From the human T2T-CHM13v2.0 reference genome, Homo sapiens, in assembly GCF_009914755.1 (NCBI RefSeq), contig NC_060932.1: a stretch of DNA of 64,000 bases; one strand, written 5' to 3'. Every line of letters starts with the position of its first letter. Positions within the stretch are counted from its first letter, which is position 1. A program made the translations under genes and the position numbers. The notes under the pieces are model-generated. The model made no database searches, was not told the origin of the DNA, and saw only the letters and a program-made list of their open reading frames with translations. Positions 1 to 17,049 of the stretch are shown here, piece by piece.

Positions 1-1828
1 AGTAAGCTTATAATATTGGTAATTGGTAGATTATATTTATCTATCCATCCCTCCATCCATCTATCTATTATCAATAGTCCATCATAAGTATGTTATCTAG
101 TTACTTAGCTACCTGTCATCTAGCTATCTAGCTGTATATTTAGCTGTAATTCTTCCTCTCCACCTCCACTTCTGCACACTCACACACGATACTAATATAT
201 AGGTACACGTCCATATTTTTTCTGTATCTTTTTGAAGTGGCATTGGAGCCTATTTTGGCCTGACCTGCTAGAAATAAGTATATGCTCTGGAGAAATGGAT
301 GTGTGAATGAATCTTAAAAGATGTGATGTTTTAGCAAGCTCATTTGAGCAAGATGCACAGTTGTAACCATATGACCTCCCGTAGTTTAAATTAAAGATCT
401 AATTGCCTATAGCTCTTGACTAATAATGAACAGTGTGAAAAGTTGTTCTCTGTTCTGTGTATCTCCAAAGGACAGAGTATCAGCAGCAGAAAGATTAGAC
501 CCGAAAGCTCACATTGGCATCTTCCCCAGTGTTCTCCTGCATGCTTTGCCCAATACAGGCTGCTTCCTTTGTAGCTACGGTCATTTAAGTGTGCTTCCTC
601 CTTGTGGCTTTCTTCTCTTGTTTTATAGAGTTGTTTTTTTAAAAAAATCTTTTTTTTGGGGGGGTAACATAGGCCTCTTAAATTGTTTTACATACTTTTC
701 ACAAAATTATTTTAACAGCCATGCTTTGTTTTTGTTTTGCTTTTTTGGGGGGAACTTCAGAGAAGTGTTCTATCACCTTAGTTCTGCTCAAGTTGGTTAT
801 TTTATGTATATTCAACTTGGATAGTATGATACTTGTACTTCTGTATTTTTCCTAATATATGTGTCAGTAGAGCTGCCATGAAGGATTTATGGATCCCAAC
901 ATCCAACGTGCCCCTTGAGACTCTCACCCAACTCTCACCCCTCACTCCTAGCAGATTATTTTGTTCTTGTTTCATGGATACAATACTTTCCATAGTGTGC
1001 ATACTTCTTCACTAGACCCCAATATTTTTTAGGTCTTGTGATAACCTCTATTGGCTCTAAATCAGTACAGGTTTTTAGGTTATGATAACCTATATTGGAT
1101 TAGATCCATTATAGGCTATCACTTATAATCCATCACCCTAGTCGAATACACTTACCTGCTTTCTTAATCCCAGCTCATCTCAAGCCCAATGAGAATGAAC
1201 TCTAACCTACCACTCTATAACTTTCATCCTTCTACACTCTTTCAACTTACAAATTAACCAGTTTCATCTTGGGGCAAAAAAAACCAGCTTGTTATTTCTC
1301 CTTTCCTTCCAAGTACAAGTTCTATAAACAATACATTTTAATTCATACTCTTTACTTAATTCCGCCTTTATCTCTCCACTGAAACTATCCTTGATAAAGA
1401 CATCAGTGACCTACTCATTTCCAAATTCAAAGACTACTTCTTAATTACTATAATATCTCGGGGATATTTGGTGCTGTTGACTACTTTATTTATTTAGAAA
1501 GTCTCTTCTGTTCCCTGTTTGTCCACCACTCTGATTTATTCTCAGTAACCTGCTCAAGGCCCAGTTTCTCCATCTTGTATTTACTGAGTGTGAGCACGTG
1601 TCATATGCTGGGTTCTACCAGGATGGCTATCTCCATGCCCTGTAGACTACTAAACATGACTAGTGGGATAAGAGTGGTGATTTTCCCATTCTTGGAAAAA
1701 GTATTTGCACAGCCATTTTCATCATTTCTTCCTCTATCACATCTTAAGTGGTAGAAAGGGGAACATGGAATGCTGTATCCAAAAAATCCTAATTCCCATA
1801 GGAAGTGCAGGGAAATGAATGAATACTT

Positions 1829-2455
1829 TGTATTCATCAGGGCTCTCCAGAGAAACAGAATTAACAGGGTGTGTGTGTGTGTGTGTGTGTGCATGCATAT
1901 ACTCACATATATATCTCTTTCCTATACATATGAAAGAGATTTATTTTAAGCACTTGGCTCACACAGTTATGGAAGCTTGGTAAATCAGTATTTTGTTTTC
2001 CCTGGAGAATCAGAGAAGAGTTACAGCTCAAGTCCAAAGGTGGTCTGCTGGTTGACTTCCTTCTTATTCAGGTGAGGTCAGTCTTTGTTGTACTAAGGCC
2101 TTCAACTGATTGGTGAGGCCCACCTGTATTGTGAAGCATAATCTGTTTTACTCATAGTCTTCTCATTTAAATGTTAATCTCATAAAAAAATCTTCTCAGG
2201 AATGACCAAGAATAAGATCTGACCAAATATATGGACATATATGGACATTCTGGCTCAGTCAAGTTGACCTATAAAATTACCCATCTACCTAATGCATGTG
2301 GGGCTTAAAGCCTAGATGATGGGTTGATAGGTGCAGCAAACCACCATGGCACATTTATACCTATGCAACAAACCTGCATATTCTGCACATGTATCCCAGA
2401 ACTTAAAATAAAAATAAATTCAATGCCAAAGAGGAAAAAAAAATTAACCATCACA
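1829..2455 (-). mobile_element. MLT2-family (ERVL) solo LTR, interrupted by (GT)n and an L1 3' fragment
   Basis: Minus strand begins TGTGATGGTTAATTTT, contains TCAACTTGACT, and ends TCTCTGGAGAGCCCTGATGAATACA. Confidence 0.85.
2286..2439 (+). mobile_element. L1PA (approx. PA7/8) 3'-end fragment inserted in MLT2
   Basis: L1 3'UTR plus A-rich tail; TSD aaaattacccatc (2273-2285) / aaaattaaccatc (2440-2452). Confidence 0.85.
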
Positions 2456-2970
2456 CATTTATAGGTTAAAATTCCAGATCTTAATTTCTTCAAACTCTTA
2501 TCTCTCAGTTAAATGACACTCCATTGAATTTATTTTCTCTCTTTTTAAGCCGTTTTCACAAATGGCTTCATTCTTGACCTATCCCCATCTGGGATCATGT
2601 TAATCCCAAATTAACAAAACATGAATATTTGGATGGTTGACATTCATACACATTGTGCATAAATCATCAACCATTTTTAAGAGGATGGGTTAACAACTTT
2701 CTTTGCTTGCAAATTGAGAGAGAAATCAGAATTGCCCAGTCTTGTATTTTGATCCTCTCAACTGAGCACCTCTTATTAATCCAGAAGCACATGACACAGA
2801 AACAGGTAATATTGTAGAATGACTCATTCCTGTAGAGATCAATATGTTGAATGTATTCTTGTCAGTGTTCTTCTACATTGCTTATTTAAAAGTGAGGACA
2901 GGGCTGTCAGCCTCAGAATCTGTTGGTCCTGGCTTACAAGATTTTATCTGATCAAAAGATGAAGAATCAG

Positions 2971-3252
2971 TATATATATATGTGTGTGTATATGTATGTG
3001 TATATATATATACACATACTCATATATGCACACACATATATACACATATATACACACATATATACACACATAATTTTCTGAATATACACAGTAGGTTCAT
3101 ATATATATACACAGACATATATATATGTATTTGTATTGTATGTTTTTATATATAGCACATTTGGGAGTATATATGTGTGTGTGTATATGTACAAATATGT
3201 GCGTATATGTGTGTATATGTATGTGTGTGTGTGCATATATATATATATATGC
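2971..3252. repeat. Compound (TA/TG/CA)n low-complexity tract
   Basis: Alternating purine-pyrimidine runs; source of several spurious ORFs. Confidence 0.9.
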
Positions 3253-3464
3253 ATCTACATACTCCCAGTTGTTTAAAGTACATTTTAATCCACTTGTGAT
3301 ATCTTTGGGCATTATTATTCATGTGGGTGTCCATTACTTTGTAAAGTAGATCCAGGATTTTCGACCCAAAAAAGCTGATCCTCTTTGTCCTACAAAGGAT
3401 CCACTGGAGGCCTTCTTAGTTATGCAGATGCATAGTGAGCAGTCTTATCTTCTTTTATTTGCCC

Positions 3465-3956
3465 TGTTGGCTGGGGAGGTATTCCCATCCTAGGTTTATG
3501 GAGATGCTGAACATATGTTGCCTGGTCCTGGACAGATAAGGTTGACAAATGCTCATGTCACATATACTCATCGCTCAAGGAAGAGGACACTGCATGCCAT
3601 AAAGGCCACATGAGGAACATAAGTACAGGGAACAGGGAAAAACTAGGGCTGTGGGAAGCAGGCTTTGTGATTAGTATCAATGCGGTGAGGTGCCCTCTGG
3701 TTCCCGTGGGAGTATGTGATTGCCTTATCTGAGTAATTCTGTAGCTGGCAGGGAACTGAAGCTCACTACTCAGGAATAAGCAGGAACTTTGCCTAGTCCC
3801 TGTGATAAGGAGAGTTGTTTGACTAGTGGAGGTTATCCATGGGAGAAAGGTGAGGAGCAAGATTGGTGGTTAAGCCATTCCAGGCCCTACCAGTTTTCCC
3901 CAAATGTCATGTCATACATAACATTGGACCTTAATTTTAGTCCTTATATCTCATCA
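3465..3956 (-). mobile_element. ERVL solo LTR, MER74-like
   Basis: TG...CA termini; near-TSD tgccc/tgcca; minus-strand GGAACCAGAGGGCACCTCACC...ACAAAGCCTGCTTCCCACAGCCC motif. Confidence 0.6.
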
Positions 3957-4828
3957 TGCCAGTGGAGAGTGTAGGGAGAAGAAAGAAAACATAGAAGAAT
4001 CATAGATATAAAGATGGGTGGTGTCTATCCTCATTCTACTTGGAAGGCAGATTGTTCTGCCAAGCCCTGTCTGCTTGTTAAGTGCGTCAAATTCTGCAAA
4101 TAGTGCATCCATTGATTGTATACAATATATTAACATCTCTGCTGATTACCTATTGCTTTAAAACTTAGATAGTGTATGATGAGAGGATGGGCTGTTTCAT
4201 GTTACAAAGGACCTAATAGCATGTAGCGTGTCTTAAATACATAGCTAGTAATTCAGGGCCTGAGAGGTTATTAACTAATTATAAAATAGCAACCTAAGCA
4301 AGAGGGTAGAAACTTATGTAAATATAGTACCTGAAAGGTGATAACAAAATCTCTTCGCTTTCTTTTGTGGAAATGTGTTTACTAAGCTCAAAAGCAAATA
4401 GCTTTCTTTTCTTTGTGCAACACTATCTACTTACCACAGGTGGGAACAGAGCATGTTAGAATAGGAAACCCTAATAGCTTTTTTTTTCCTCCTCTTCTAA
4501 GGCTCAGCAGTTCATGACTTGTGGTTCTGAGGCTCTGCTTGTTTTTTGAAGAGTGATCCTGTTTCAATCATGAATTTAGTGTACAAATATTTAGCAGCTA
4601 CTATTTTCTAATCACTGTATTGGGGTCTTGGGGATTTAATGATGAATAACACATATATCTTAAAGAAAATCTTGGTTAGGGGAGAAAGAGCTTGTTTTAT
4701 TAAATTTGGAAAATATTTATTTTCCAAGCTGATTTTTACATAATTGTTAAGTTATAAAGGTAATACCAACCACTGCTTAAAAATTAAGAAATACAGAGAG
4801 GAGATAAAAATACTTATCTTCTTACCAT

Positions 4829-4829
4829 A

Positions 4830-4879
<50 letters not shown>
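4829..4879. repeat. (CA)n microsatellite
   Basis: direct inspection. Confidence 0.95.
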
Positions 4880-4880
<1 letters not shown>

Positions 4881-6202
4881 TCACACATGCCTCTATTTGG
4901 GACTTCTTTTTGTGTTCTTGGTTTTTTATTCTTAATGGATTCTTGATGCTTTTATTTAGTTTTGATCATTTAACTGTAGTACATCATTTTTGCCCTAACA
5001 GTATAATATAAACATTTTCTATAATATAAAAATTCATTATAATGGTAATTTTACATTATGGTTCAGTACTTTATTGAGCAAGCATGAAACATTTACATAA
5101 CCATGTTCTTATTTTGGGACATTTAATTTTGCTTTTATCTTGTATCAACAATATAATTAATATCTTGATACATTTTACATTTCAGACAATTTCTTTAGAA
5201 TGATTCTCAATGGTTGAAGTATTTGTTTAATGTTTAAGAAAATATTTTAAAATCTTGTATTTGACACTGACCAGCCTGTTTTTCTCTTGGAGGTTACTCT
5301 CCAACTCTAAGTTTGCACTTTTGTCTGTTTTGCTAAACAACAGAGGAAGGAAAGAAATCAGATACATTTTCAGCACATATACAATATATGTAGTGAGCAG
5401 ATAGAAGGAATGTGGTCAGCCATGTTAAAGTCCAATTTCCTGAAACCCCACCAAACATCTCTTAAAAGCATCACCAAAGCATTCACTCAGTGCCAGTTCT
5501 GTGCAGGCCATTTCTAGGTACTGGGAAACAAATACAGTGCCTTGGCACTACATGACTCTGGCCTGCCTTTGGGTTGAAGGAGTGGTACTTTTCTGTCCGT
5601 TCCAGGAGCAATTGTAAGAGCACAGCTGTTAAAATATTATTGACTAACTGAATAAAAACATATGTTGAAGATCCCACATCCAGTGGCCCCAAAATTTGTC
5701 ACACATGATCAGAAAATGTCTATTGTCTTTGATATTTCCACGATATTTCCTTCTTAGCGTTACGGTGAAGATTCATATGTGCTATATAAGCCAACTGGCA
5801 CATCCCAACTGCCCAGTGAGCATGTGATTCTCTCTCCTTTTCCCCTCACCAAGACTGTGCACCCCCTGACCTGAGGCCGGGGCTCAGTAGGAGTCATCCT
5901 TTTTCTCTCATTCCCAGCTTTCAATAAAAAAAACTTACTCTTCTTGCTACATGACCTTCTTTGACATAATCCAGCTGGCAAGCAGAAAGAAGGGAAAATT
6001 CTGGGCTGAAAAGAAGTGTTTGTGAAGTTCTTTGGAGAAAAGATACAGTCTTTCACATGTACAGCCCTTCTTCTCCCCTAAGTGAATAGAGCACCTGGGA
6101 GCATAGCTATTTTGTTTCTGGGAGTGAAAGAGAGTTACAGTGAAGTCCTTCTGGTGCTTCAGTAGTAAACCCCCTTATGTGGAGTTGGAGAGAAAGTTTC
6201 TC

Positions 6203-9778
<3,576 letters not shown>

Positions 9779-9949
9779 GACACAGTTTCTCATTCATAGA
9801 AATTGATGGTTGTTAGTAATTACTATTGAAAGTATTTTAAGCTCTTGAATATAATAAATTCCCAGAGAACACAGCATGACAATTATGTTTATGATATCTA
9901 TTATTTTTTAAAAATAGATCTCCATACTGAAATCCAAACATGCTTTTTC

Positions 9950-10550
9950 TAATTAATGACTGAATATCCTGCCTGAATGTAACATGTCTCAAACTAATCT
10001 TACACATTTTTTCCCTTACCTGCTCTCTTGTGTGAATCTCCACTCTAATGGAACAAGGCAATTACCTAACTCAGATTCCTACACAAAGATCAGGGAATCA
10101 AGCCATAAGCAAACGTTGGCATCCCTACTGCCTAAATATGTCCCTAACCTGAGCACTGACCTCCATTTTCACTGCTTCCTCACTGATCCATTGTTTTTTG
10201 GATGTGTTTCAGCAGCTTCTGAATTGGTCTCTCTTCTTCCACTCTGTATTTCTGTCTCTGTAGATAAATTTTAGAAATGTGCTGAAGTTCCACCAAGGGT
10301 GTTCCATTGCACTTGAAATAAGCCACTTTTAGGCTCAACATTCTTACCGTCTTTCCCCACATCTCCCACTGACTCTTCTCCTTCAGTCACTCCAGCCACA
10401 TGGATTCGTGTTTTGTTCTTGGACATGTTGAATGTGCTTCAGCCTCATCCTTTTGCATTTTCTGTTCCCTCTACCTGAAATGCTCTTCCCATGTTTTTTC
10501 ACGTTTAGGTTCTCATTATTTAGAGCCCAACATCTGTTACCTCCCAAAAG
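9950..10550 (+). mobile_element. L2 fragment (highly diverged)
   Basis: L2-like motifs aacatgtctcaaactaa, ctccagccaca, ctgttccctctacctgaaatgctcttccc. Confidence 0.6.
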
Positions 10551-11674
10551 AGGAATAAGTAGCCCCAGCTCTCCTTCCTTCCTACCCCTTCTTGTTTGTC
10601 TTTAAGATAAGGCAATTAAAAATATTCATCTTCCTCACTATATCGCTGAGCCATCTGAGAAAGCAGACAAGGAAAATAAAGACTAAAATAGCCCCCTTGT
10701 AATTGTTAATGCTGGATATGACCAAAATGTGGTTTATAAATTTGGACTAGCATGTTTGCTAGCACTGGTCCCCAGAATCCAGTAGGCTCATTTACCTTTC
10801 CCAGGAAGTCCATGGGGCTGGCTCTGTTCCACATGAGGACAGCTCTTCACTGCATCCCTGGATACTTAAGGATGGAGAAGCAGAGCATACATGTTCTCCC
10901 AAGAGGAGAAGAGAAACAAGCAAGGCAGATGGGTTCCTCTACTTGCCTTGGCAAAATAAGACAAGGGTCAGAAAGGGGCTAGGAGGTTATGCTACTGGGT
11001 AGTCTTCCCATGGCAGGAAACAGTAGGAATGAGCAATGGATGTTTGTTCAGAACTTGTCATCTAGTTTTATTTTTTTCATAGCATTTATTTTGCTCACGT
11101 TCCCATTCCAACTAGATTCTAATCTCCAAGCATGTATACATTTTTATCTCTGTGTTGAAAGCCTAATCCCCAAAACCTATTCCAGTAGTTGGCACATAGT
11201 AGACACTACATAAATATTTAATGAATAAACCCTCTTTTTAATTTCAGCACCCCCATATCTAATTAATAACTGTATCTCTCCATTATACTTAATAAATATT
11301 TCTCAAATCTCTCCCCTTCTTTCCATCCCTGTTGTTTCTGCTTAAATTCAGACTCTTGCTTTCTTTCATTTTCACTTACAGCTGGTATCTTTTCTCTTCC
11401 CTAATCAGGCTTTAGAGTCATTCTCTACACTGCTGCCAAGGTAATTGTTCTGAAATTTCCATCTGATTTTACACCATTCCATACTTCCTTTTGCAGCACT
11501 CATACCTTGTATTATTTCTCTTTCTGAAATACTATCCTAAATATATATTTTTATACACATATACATATATACATACAATTATATGTGGTGATGTACCACC
11601 ATCATCTGGGCAATCCATTGATGATTGAAATGTCATTTATGTGGCACATACCTGTATATAATAGAAACAGGGTT

Positions 11675-11762
11675 TAATCCAGGAGGCAGAGGTTACAGTG
11701 AGCCAGGATCATGCCAATGCACTCCAGCCTGGGCAACAGCGAGACCATCTCAAAAAGAAAAG
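11675..11762 (+). mobile_element. Alu right-arm 3' fragment
   Basis: ggaggcagaggttacagtgagcc...ctccagcctgggcaacagcgagacc plus A tail. Confidence 0.9.
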
Positions 11763-11817
11763 GAGGGTTTATATATATTTATGTGTGTATATATATACAC
11801 ATATAAATGTATATACA

Positions 11818-12139
11818 TAGTTATGTACCACATAAATGACATTTCGGTCATTGATGGATTGCATATATGATGTGGTCCTATAAGATTATAATATTGTATA
11901 TCATTTCTATACTTAGATATATTTAGTTTCATGATACCACTGTATTACAGCTGCCTACACTATACAGTACAGTAACATGCTATACAGGTTTGTAGCCTAG
12001 GAGCAATAGGCTATACCATACAGCCTAGGTGTGTGGTAGTCTATACCATCTAGGTTTGTGTAAGTATACTCTAACACAAACCAACGAAATCGTTTAATGA
12101 CATTTCTCAGACTGTATCCCCATTGTTAAGTGATCCATG

Positions 12140-12144
<5 letters not shown>
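11818..12144 (+). mobile_element. Tigger3a (MER7A)-type TcMar DNA transposon
   Basis: Diagnostic acaggtttgtagcctaggagcaataggctataccata; ends catgactg. Confidence 0.85.
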
Positions 12145-12171
<27 letters not shown>

Positions 12172-12980
12172 GAGTCAATAGTAATGATATGTATATACGC
12201 ATGCATTATTCCTGTGTGTAATTTATTTTATATATATATATATAGAGAGAGAGAGAGAACATTGTTAAATATGTTTTAGCACAGGTTTTGAGTGCTACCT
12301 TATGCTTTTTCTCATTCTACTGTACTCCTCTTCATGTATTATATATGTTTTTTCAGTCATGTAGCTCTTCTTTCTGCCATTTATATTTTATATTCTGGCA
12401 AAGAGTTTGACAAGTCATGGCAATGAAAGATGTCAATGATAATGCTGTATTTATCACAAAGAAACAAAAGGGAAAATTAAACTGACTGCCCAAATTCAAC
12501 TTTTATGCTTACTTGATACAACTTTGAGGAAATAACCAGGGAAGCAGAAAATAAAATTCATTTAGAGATTGGTATAAATTCTTTGACAGTAAAGGGAATT
12601 ATAACTCTGGGCTATGAAGAATGATGAAAAATTATGAGAATGATAACTGGAACAAACTGATCAAAGGCATGTCACGACTACAAGAGAATTGAAAAGAGCC
12701 GAAGAACAAGTGCCAATTTAAAATTCCACATGGATCAGCATGCAGACTGTCATCATTCACCATTTCCAGGGCACTCCCCTCCTCAAGAAGCAAGCAGGAA
12801 GGTTATACTTCTCATTCGATCCCATCAGTGGTGACCATTCACCACAGCGTCAAAGTCAAGCACAAATACTTAGCAGGATATCTTCCCATTCTCTCAGGCA
12901 TTCTTTGCTCCAACAATTCCAAACACTACCAGCCATAAACTAATGTGCTATAATATATTGTCCTTATTTATTCTCATAAT

Positions 12981-14848
12981 TCTTTTTTTCCAACTTTTAT
13001 TTTAGATTCAAGGAGGTACATATCCATCTGTTACATGGATATATTCCGTGATGCTGAGGTTTAGGGTACAAATAATCCTGCCACCCGGGTACTCAGCATA
13101 GTATCCAATAGCTAGGTTTTCAGCCTTTTCCCCTCTTCCCTCCCTTCTCCAGCAGTACCCAGTGTCTATTGTTGTCATCTTTATGTCCATGGGTACACAG
13201 CGTTTAGCTCCCATGTATAATTGAGAACATGCAGTATTTATAGATTTTGGATATTAGACTTTTGTCAGCTGTGCAGTTTGCTTATATTTTCGCCCGTTAT
13301 GTAGGTTGTTGGTTTGCTCTGCTGATAGTTTCTTTTTGCTGTACAGAAGCTCTTTAATTTAATTAGGTCCCACTTGTCCATTTTTGTTTTCATTGCAATT
13401 GCTTTTGAGGACTTAAGTCATAAATTGTTTCCAGGGCCAATGTCCAGAATGTCATTTCCTAGGTTTTCCATAGTTTGAGGTCTGACATTTAAATCTTTAA
13501 TCCATCTTGAGTTAATTTTTGTATATGGTGTAAGGTACCGGTTTTCTGTTTCTGCATTAATTCACTTAGGTTAATGGCCTCTAGGTGATCCATGTGCTGC
13601 AAAGAACACAATTTAATTCTTTTTTATAGCTGCATAGTATTCCAAGGTATATATGTACCACATTGTATTTATCCATTCCACCACTGATGGGCACCTAGCT
13701 TGATTCCATGTCATTGCTCTTGTGGATAGTACTGTGATGAACATAAGCATGTGTCTTCTCGGTAGAATAATTTATTTTCTTTTGGCTATATATCCAGTAA
13801 ACGGATTGTTCGGTCAAATGACAGTTCTGTTTTAATTTCTTTGAGAAATCTCCAAACTGCTTTCCAGAGTGGCTGAACTAATTTACATTCCTACCAACAT
13901 TGTGTGTTTCCTTTTCTCTGTGGCCTCACCAGCATTTGTTATTTTTTGACTTTTTAGTAATAGCCATTTTGGCTGGTGTGAGTTGGTACCTCATTGTTTT
14001 GATTTGCATTTCTCTGATAATTAGTTATGTTGGGCAATTTTTTCACATGTTTTTTTAACTGCTTGTATTTCTTCTTTTGAGAAGTGTCTGTTCATTTCTT
14101 TTGACCCTTTTTTTTTTTTTTTTTCTTTTTTTTTGAGACGGAGTCTTGCTCTGTCACCCAGGCTGGAGTGCAGTGGCGCAGTCTTGGTTCACTGCAACCT
14201 CCTCCTCCGGGTTCAAGTGATTCTCCTGCCTCAGCCTCCCAAGTAGCTGGGACTACAGGTGCCTACCACACGTGGCTAATTTTTGTATTTTTAATAGAGA
14301 TGGGGTTTCACTATGTTGGCTAGACTAGTCTCGAACTCTTGACTTCAGGTGATCTGCCCACCTTGGCCTCCCAGAGTGCTAGGATTACAGGCATGAGCCA
14401 CTGCACCCACCCTTTTGCCCATTTTTAAATGAGGTTACTTATCTCATGCTTGTTCAATTGTTTAAGTTCTTTATAGATTCTGGATATTAGACTTTTGTCA
14501 GCTGTGTAGTTTGCTCATATTTTCACCCGTTATGTAGGTTGTTGGTTTGCTCTGCTGATAGTTTCTTTTTGCTCTACAGAAGCTCTTTAATTTAATTAGG
14601 TCCCACTCATCCATTTTTGTTTTCATTGCAATTGCTTTTGAGGACTTAAGTTATAAATTGTTTCCTAGGGCCAATGTCCAGAATGTCATTTTCTAGGTTT
14701 TCCATAATTTGAGGTCTTACATTTAAATCTTTAATCCATCTTGAGTTAATTTTTGTATATGGTGTAAGGTAGGGGTCCAGTTTTATTCTTCTGCATATGG
14801 CTAGCCAGCTATCCCAGCACCATTTATGAAATAGGGAGTCCTTTTCCC
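12981..14848 (-). mobile_element. Older L1P (PA13-16/PB-like) 3' portion, with a nested Alu and a 300-bp templated duplication
   Basis: T-rich tail at the left; antisense L1 3'UTR and ORF2 end. Confidence 0.9.
14107..14410 (-). mobile_element. AluS nested in L1
   Basis: poly-T followed by gagacggagtcttgctctgtcacccaggctgg; TSD-like cttttgaccc / cttttgccc. Confidence 0.95.
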
Positions 14849-15039
14849 AGGACTCCTGCCACCAGGATGCACTCCCTGCCCTGTTTGGTGTAGACCTCTG
14901 ACTTCTATTGATAAATCTATTGTAACACTAAACACCTTGTGATATTGTGATCATTTATAGGTGGTACTCACTCTGTGCAATTTTATGGTAATTGAACTTA
15001 TCTTTGTCAGATTGTGAACATCTCAATGAAAGTGATTGT

Positions 15040-15404
<365 letters not shown>

Positions 15405-16075
15405 TAAAATTACGTTGAATTAATGGAGAAAAAATATGTAATAATTAAAAGTTGAAGTATCCTTTCTGTTCCCTGGAAAAGACAAAGCAATGGAACTTGG
15501 GTTGAAAAGGCAAGAAATCTGTGAATCGCAATCCTGATGGTTAAAATGCTCAGTAACTAGACTCAAAAATTCCTTTGTGGTTTTAGTTGATGACTGTATA
15601 ATCATTTGGAGACATCAATAATCACTGTAATCCCTCTAGTATGAGAATGTGTTTCAGAATCTGTAAAATGATGCATGATTTTAGTGGACTAGGACTAGGT
15701 TTTGTGGTAATAACTGGTCCTCAGCGTAATTTCTATTCCTTAGGAATTTCATAATTATTTCTATTCTCCCAGAATCTTTTCAATAGAAATGATACTGGGA
15801 GTACAAGTCAGCTAAGCCAAGGGAAAGCATTAGAGTATATGACTAAGAGCCCAGACAACACATAGTTCAGATTCCACTTCTACCACTTACTGGATAGGTG
15901 ACTTTATCTGCTTAATCTTCTTAATCTATACAATGAGGGGACAACTGATTCTTAATCTTTTGAATTTTGCCTTTAAAACCCCAAATTTTCACCTGCAAAA
16001 TGATTGTAAATGCATAATACATGAGTATCATAAAGACTAATAAAATAACAAGTACAGTAGATTTAGGAGAGTACC

Positions 16076-16433
16076 TGTATTAGTCCATTTTCATACTATC
16101 ACGAAGAAATATCTGAGACTGGGTAAATTAAAAAGAGGTTTCATGGCCTCACAGTTTCACATGGCTGGGGAGGCCTCACTCTCATGGTAGAAGGTGAAGG
16201 AGGAGCAAAGACACATCTTACATGGAGGCAGGCAAAGAGAGCCTGAGCAGGGGAACTGCCCTTTATAAAATCATTAGATCTTATGAGACTTATTCACTAT
16301 AATGAGAACAGCATGGGAAAAGCCCGCCCCTTGATTCAATTATCTCCCACTGGGTCCCTCCCACAACACATGGGGATTATGGGAGCTACAATTCAAGATG
16401 AGATTCAGGTAGGGACACAACCAAACCCTATCA
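16076..16433 (-). mobile_element. THE1 (THE1B/C-like) MaLR solo LTR inserted in a MIR
   Basis: tgtattagtcc...caaaccctatca termini; perfect 5-bp TSD GTACC at 16071-16075 and 16434-16438. Confidence 0.93.
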
Positions 16434-17049
16434 GTACCTAAAACTTAATAAGCAGCTCAGTTGATATTAGTTATTTTATTGGTTATAAGTATGATTTTTA
16501 GACATGCCCAGTTTAGCCTTACTACCACCAGTGACAGATCCTAAAATTGTATCCTTTGGGTCTTGAATCCTTCTTCCACACTCCTCATTGCCAGTTATGA
16601 CACAAATACCCCCAAGGATCTAAAAATTATTGTGCTTATATTGTCAGACATTCTTATTTCAGGATAGTTCAAACTTCCTGAGAGTACACTTGTGTGAGGA
16701 ATAGAACATAAAATAATGGAAAAGAGAATGCTATATAGTAATTAGGTTGAATTAGAAATTGCTTTACATAACCACATTATGTATGTGGGGGAAAAATAAC
16801 ATTCTTAATAACTTTTTTCCTACAACTGTATATATATAAAAATATATTTAAACATATATTTATATATCATATCCGTAATGTAAATAAATGTCTAGCATGT
16901 TTTTCAAGACTCATTAATGCAGTTGCCTCTTTCCTTGTAGCTTATCTGGCTATAGTAATATGTTGGAAATGTACTACTTTGGAGTGGGGAGTATGGCAAA
17001 GGAGAGCAAAACAATAGTTCAGATCAAGTAATCTTAGAGCCAGGAGGCA

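Noticed and set aside
426-1015. ORFs at 426-824 and 802-1015
   Set aside because: No recognisable domain or splice context; composition is that of T-rich intergenic DNA.
2967-3349. Overlapping ORFs rich in Y/I/H/T/C/V
   Set aside because: Translations of TA/CA/TG low-complexity sequence. The apparent fold-back symmetry is expected from such repeats.
5660-5950. LTR-like segment with tatataa, aataaa and a taca end
   Set aside because: Probably an old LTR, but I could not assign family, left boundary or TSD.
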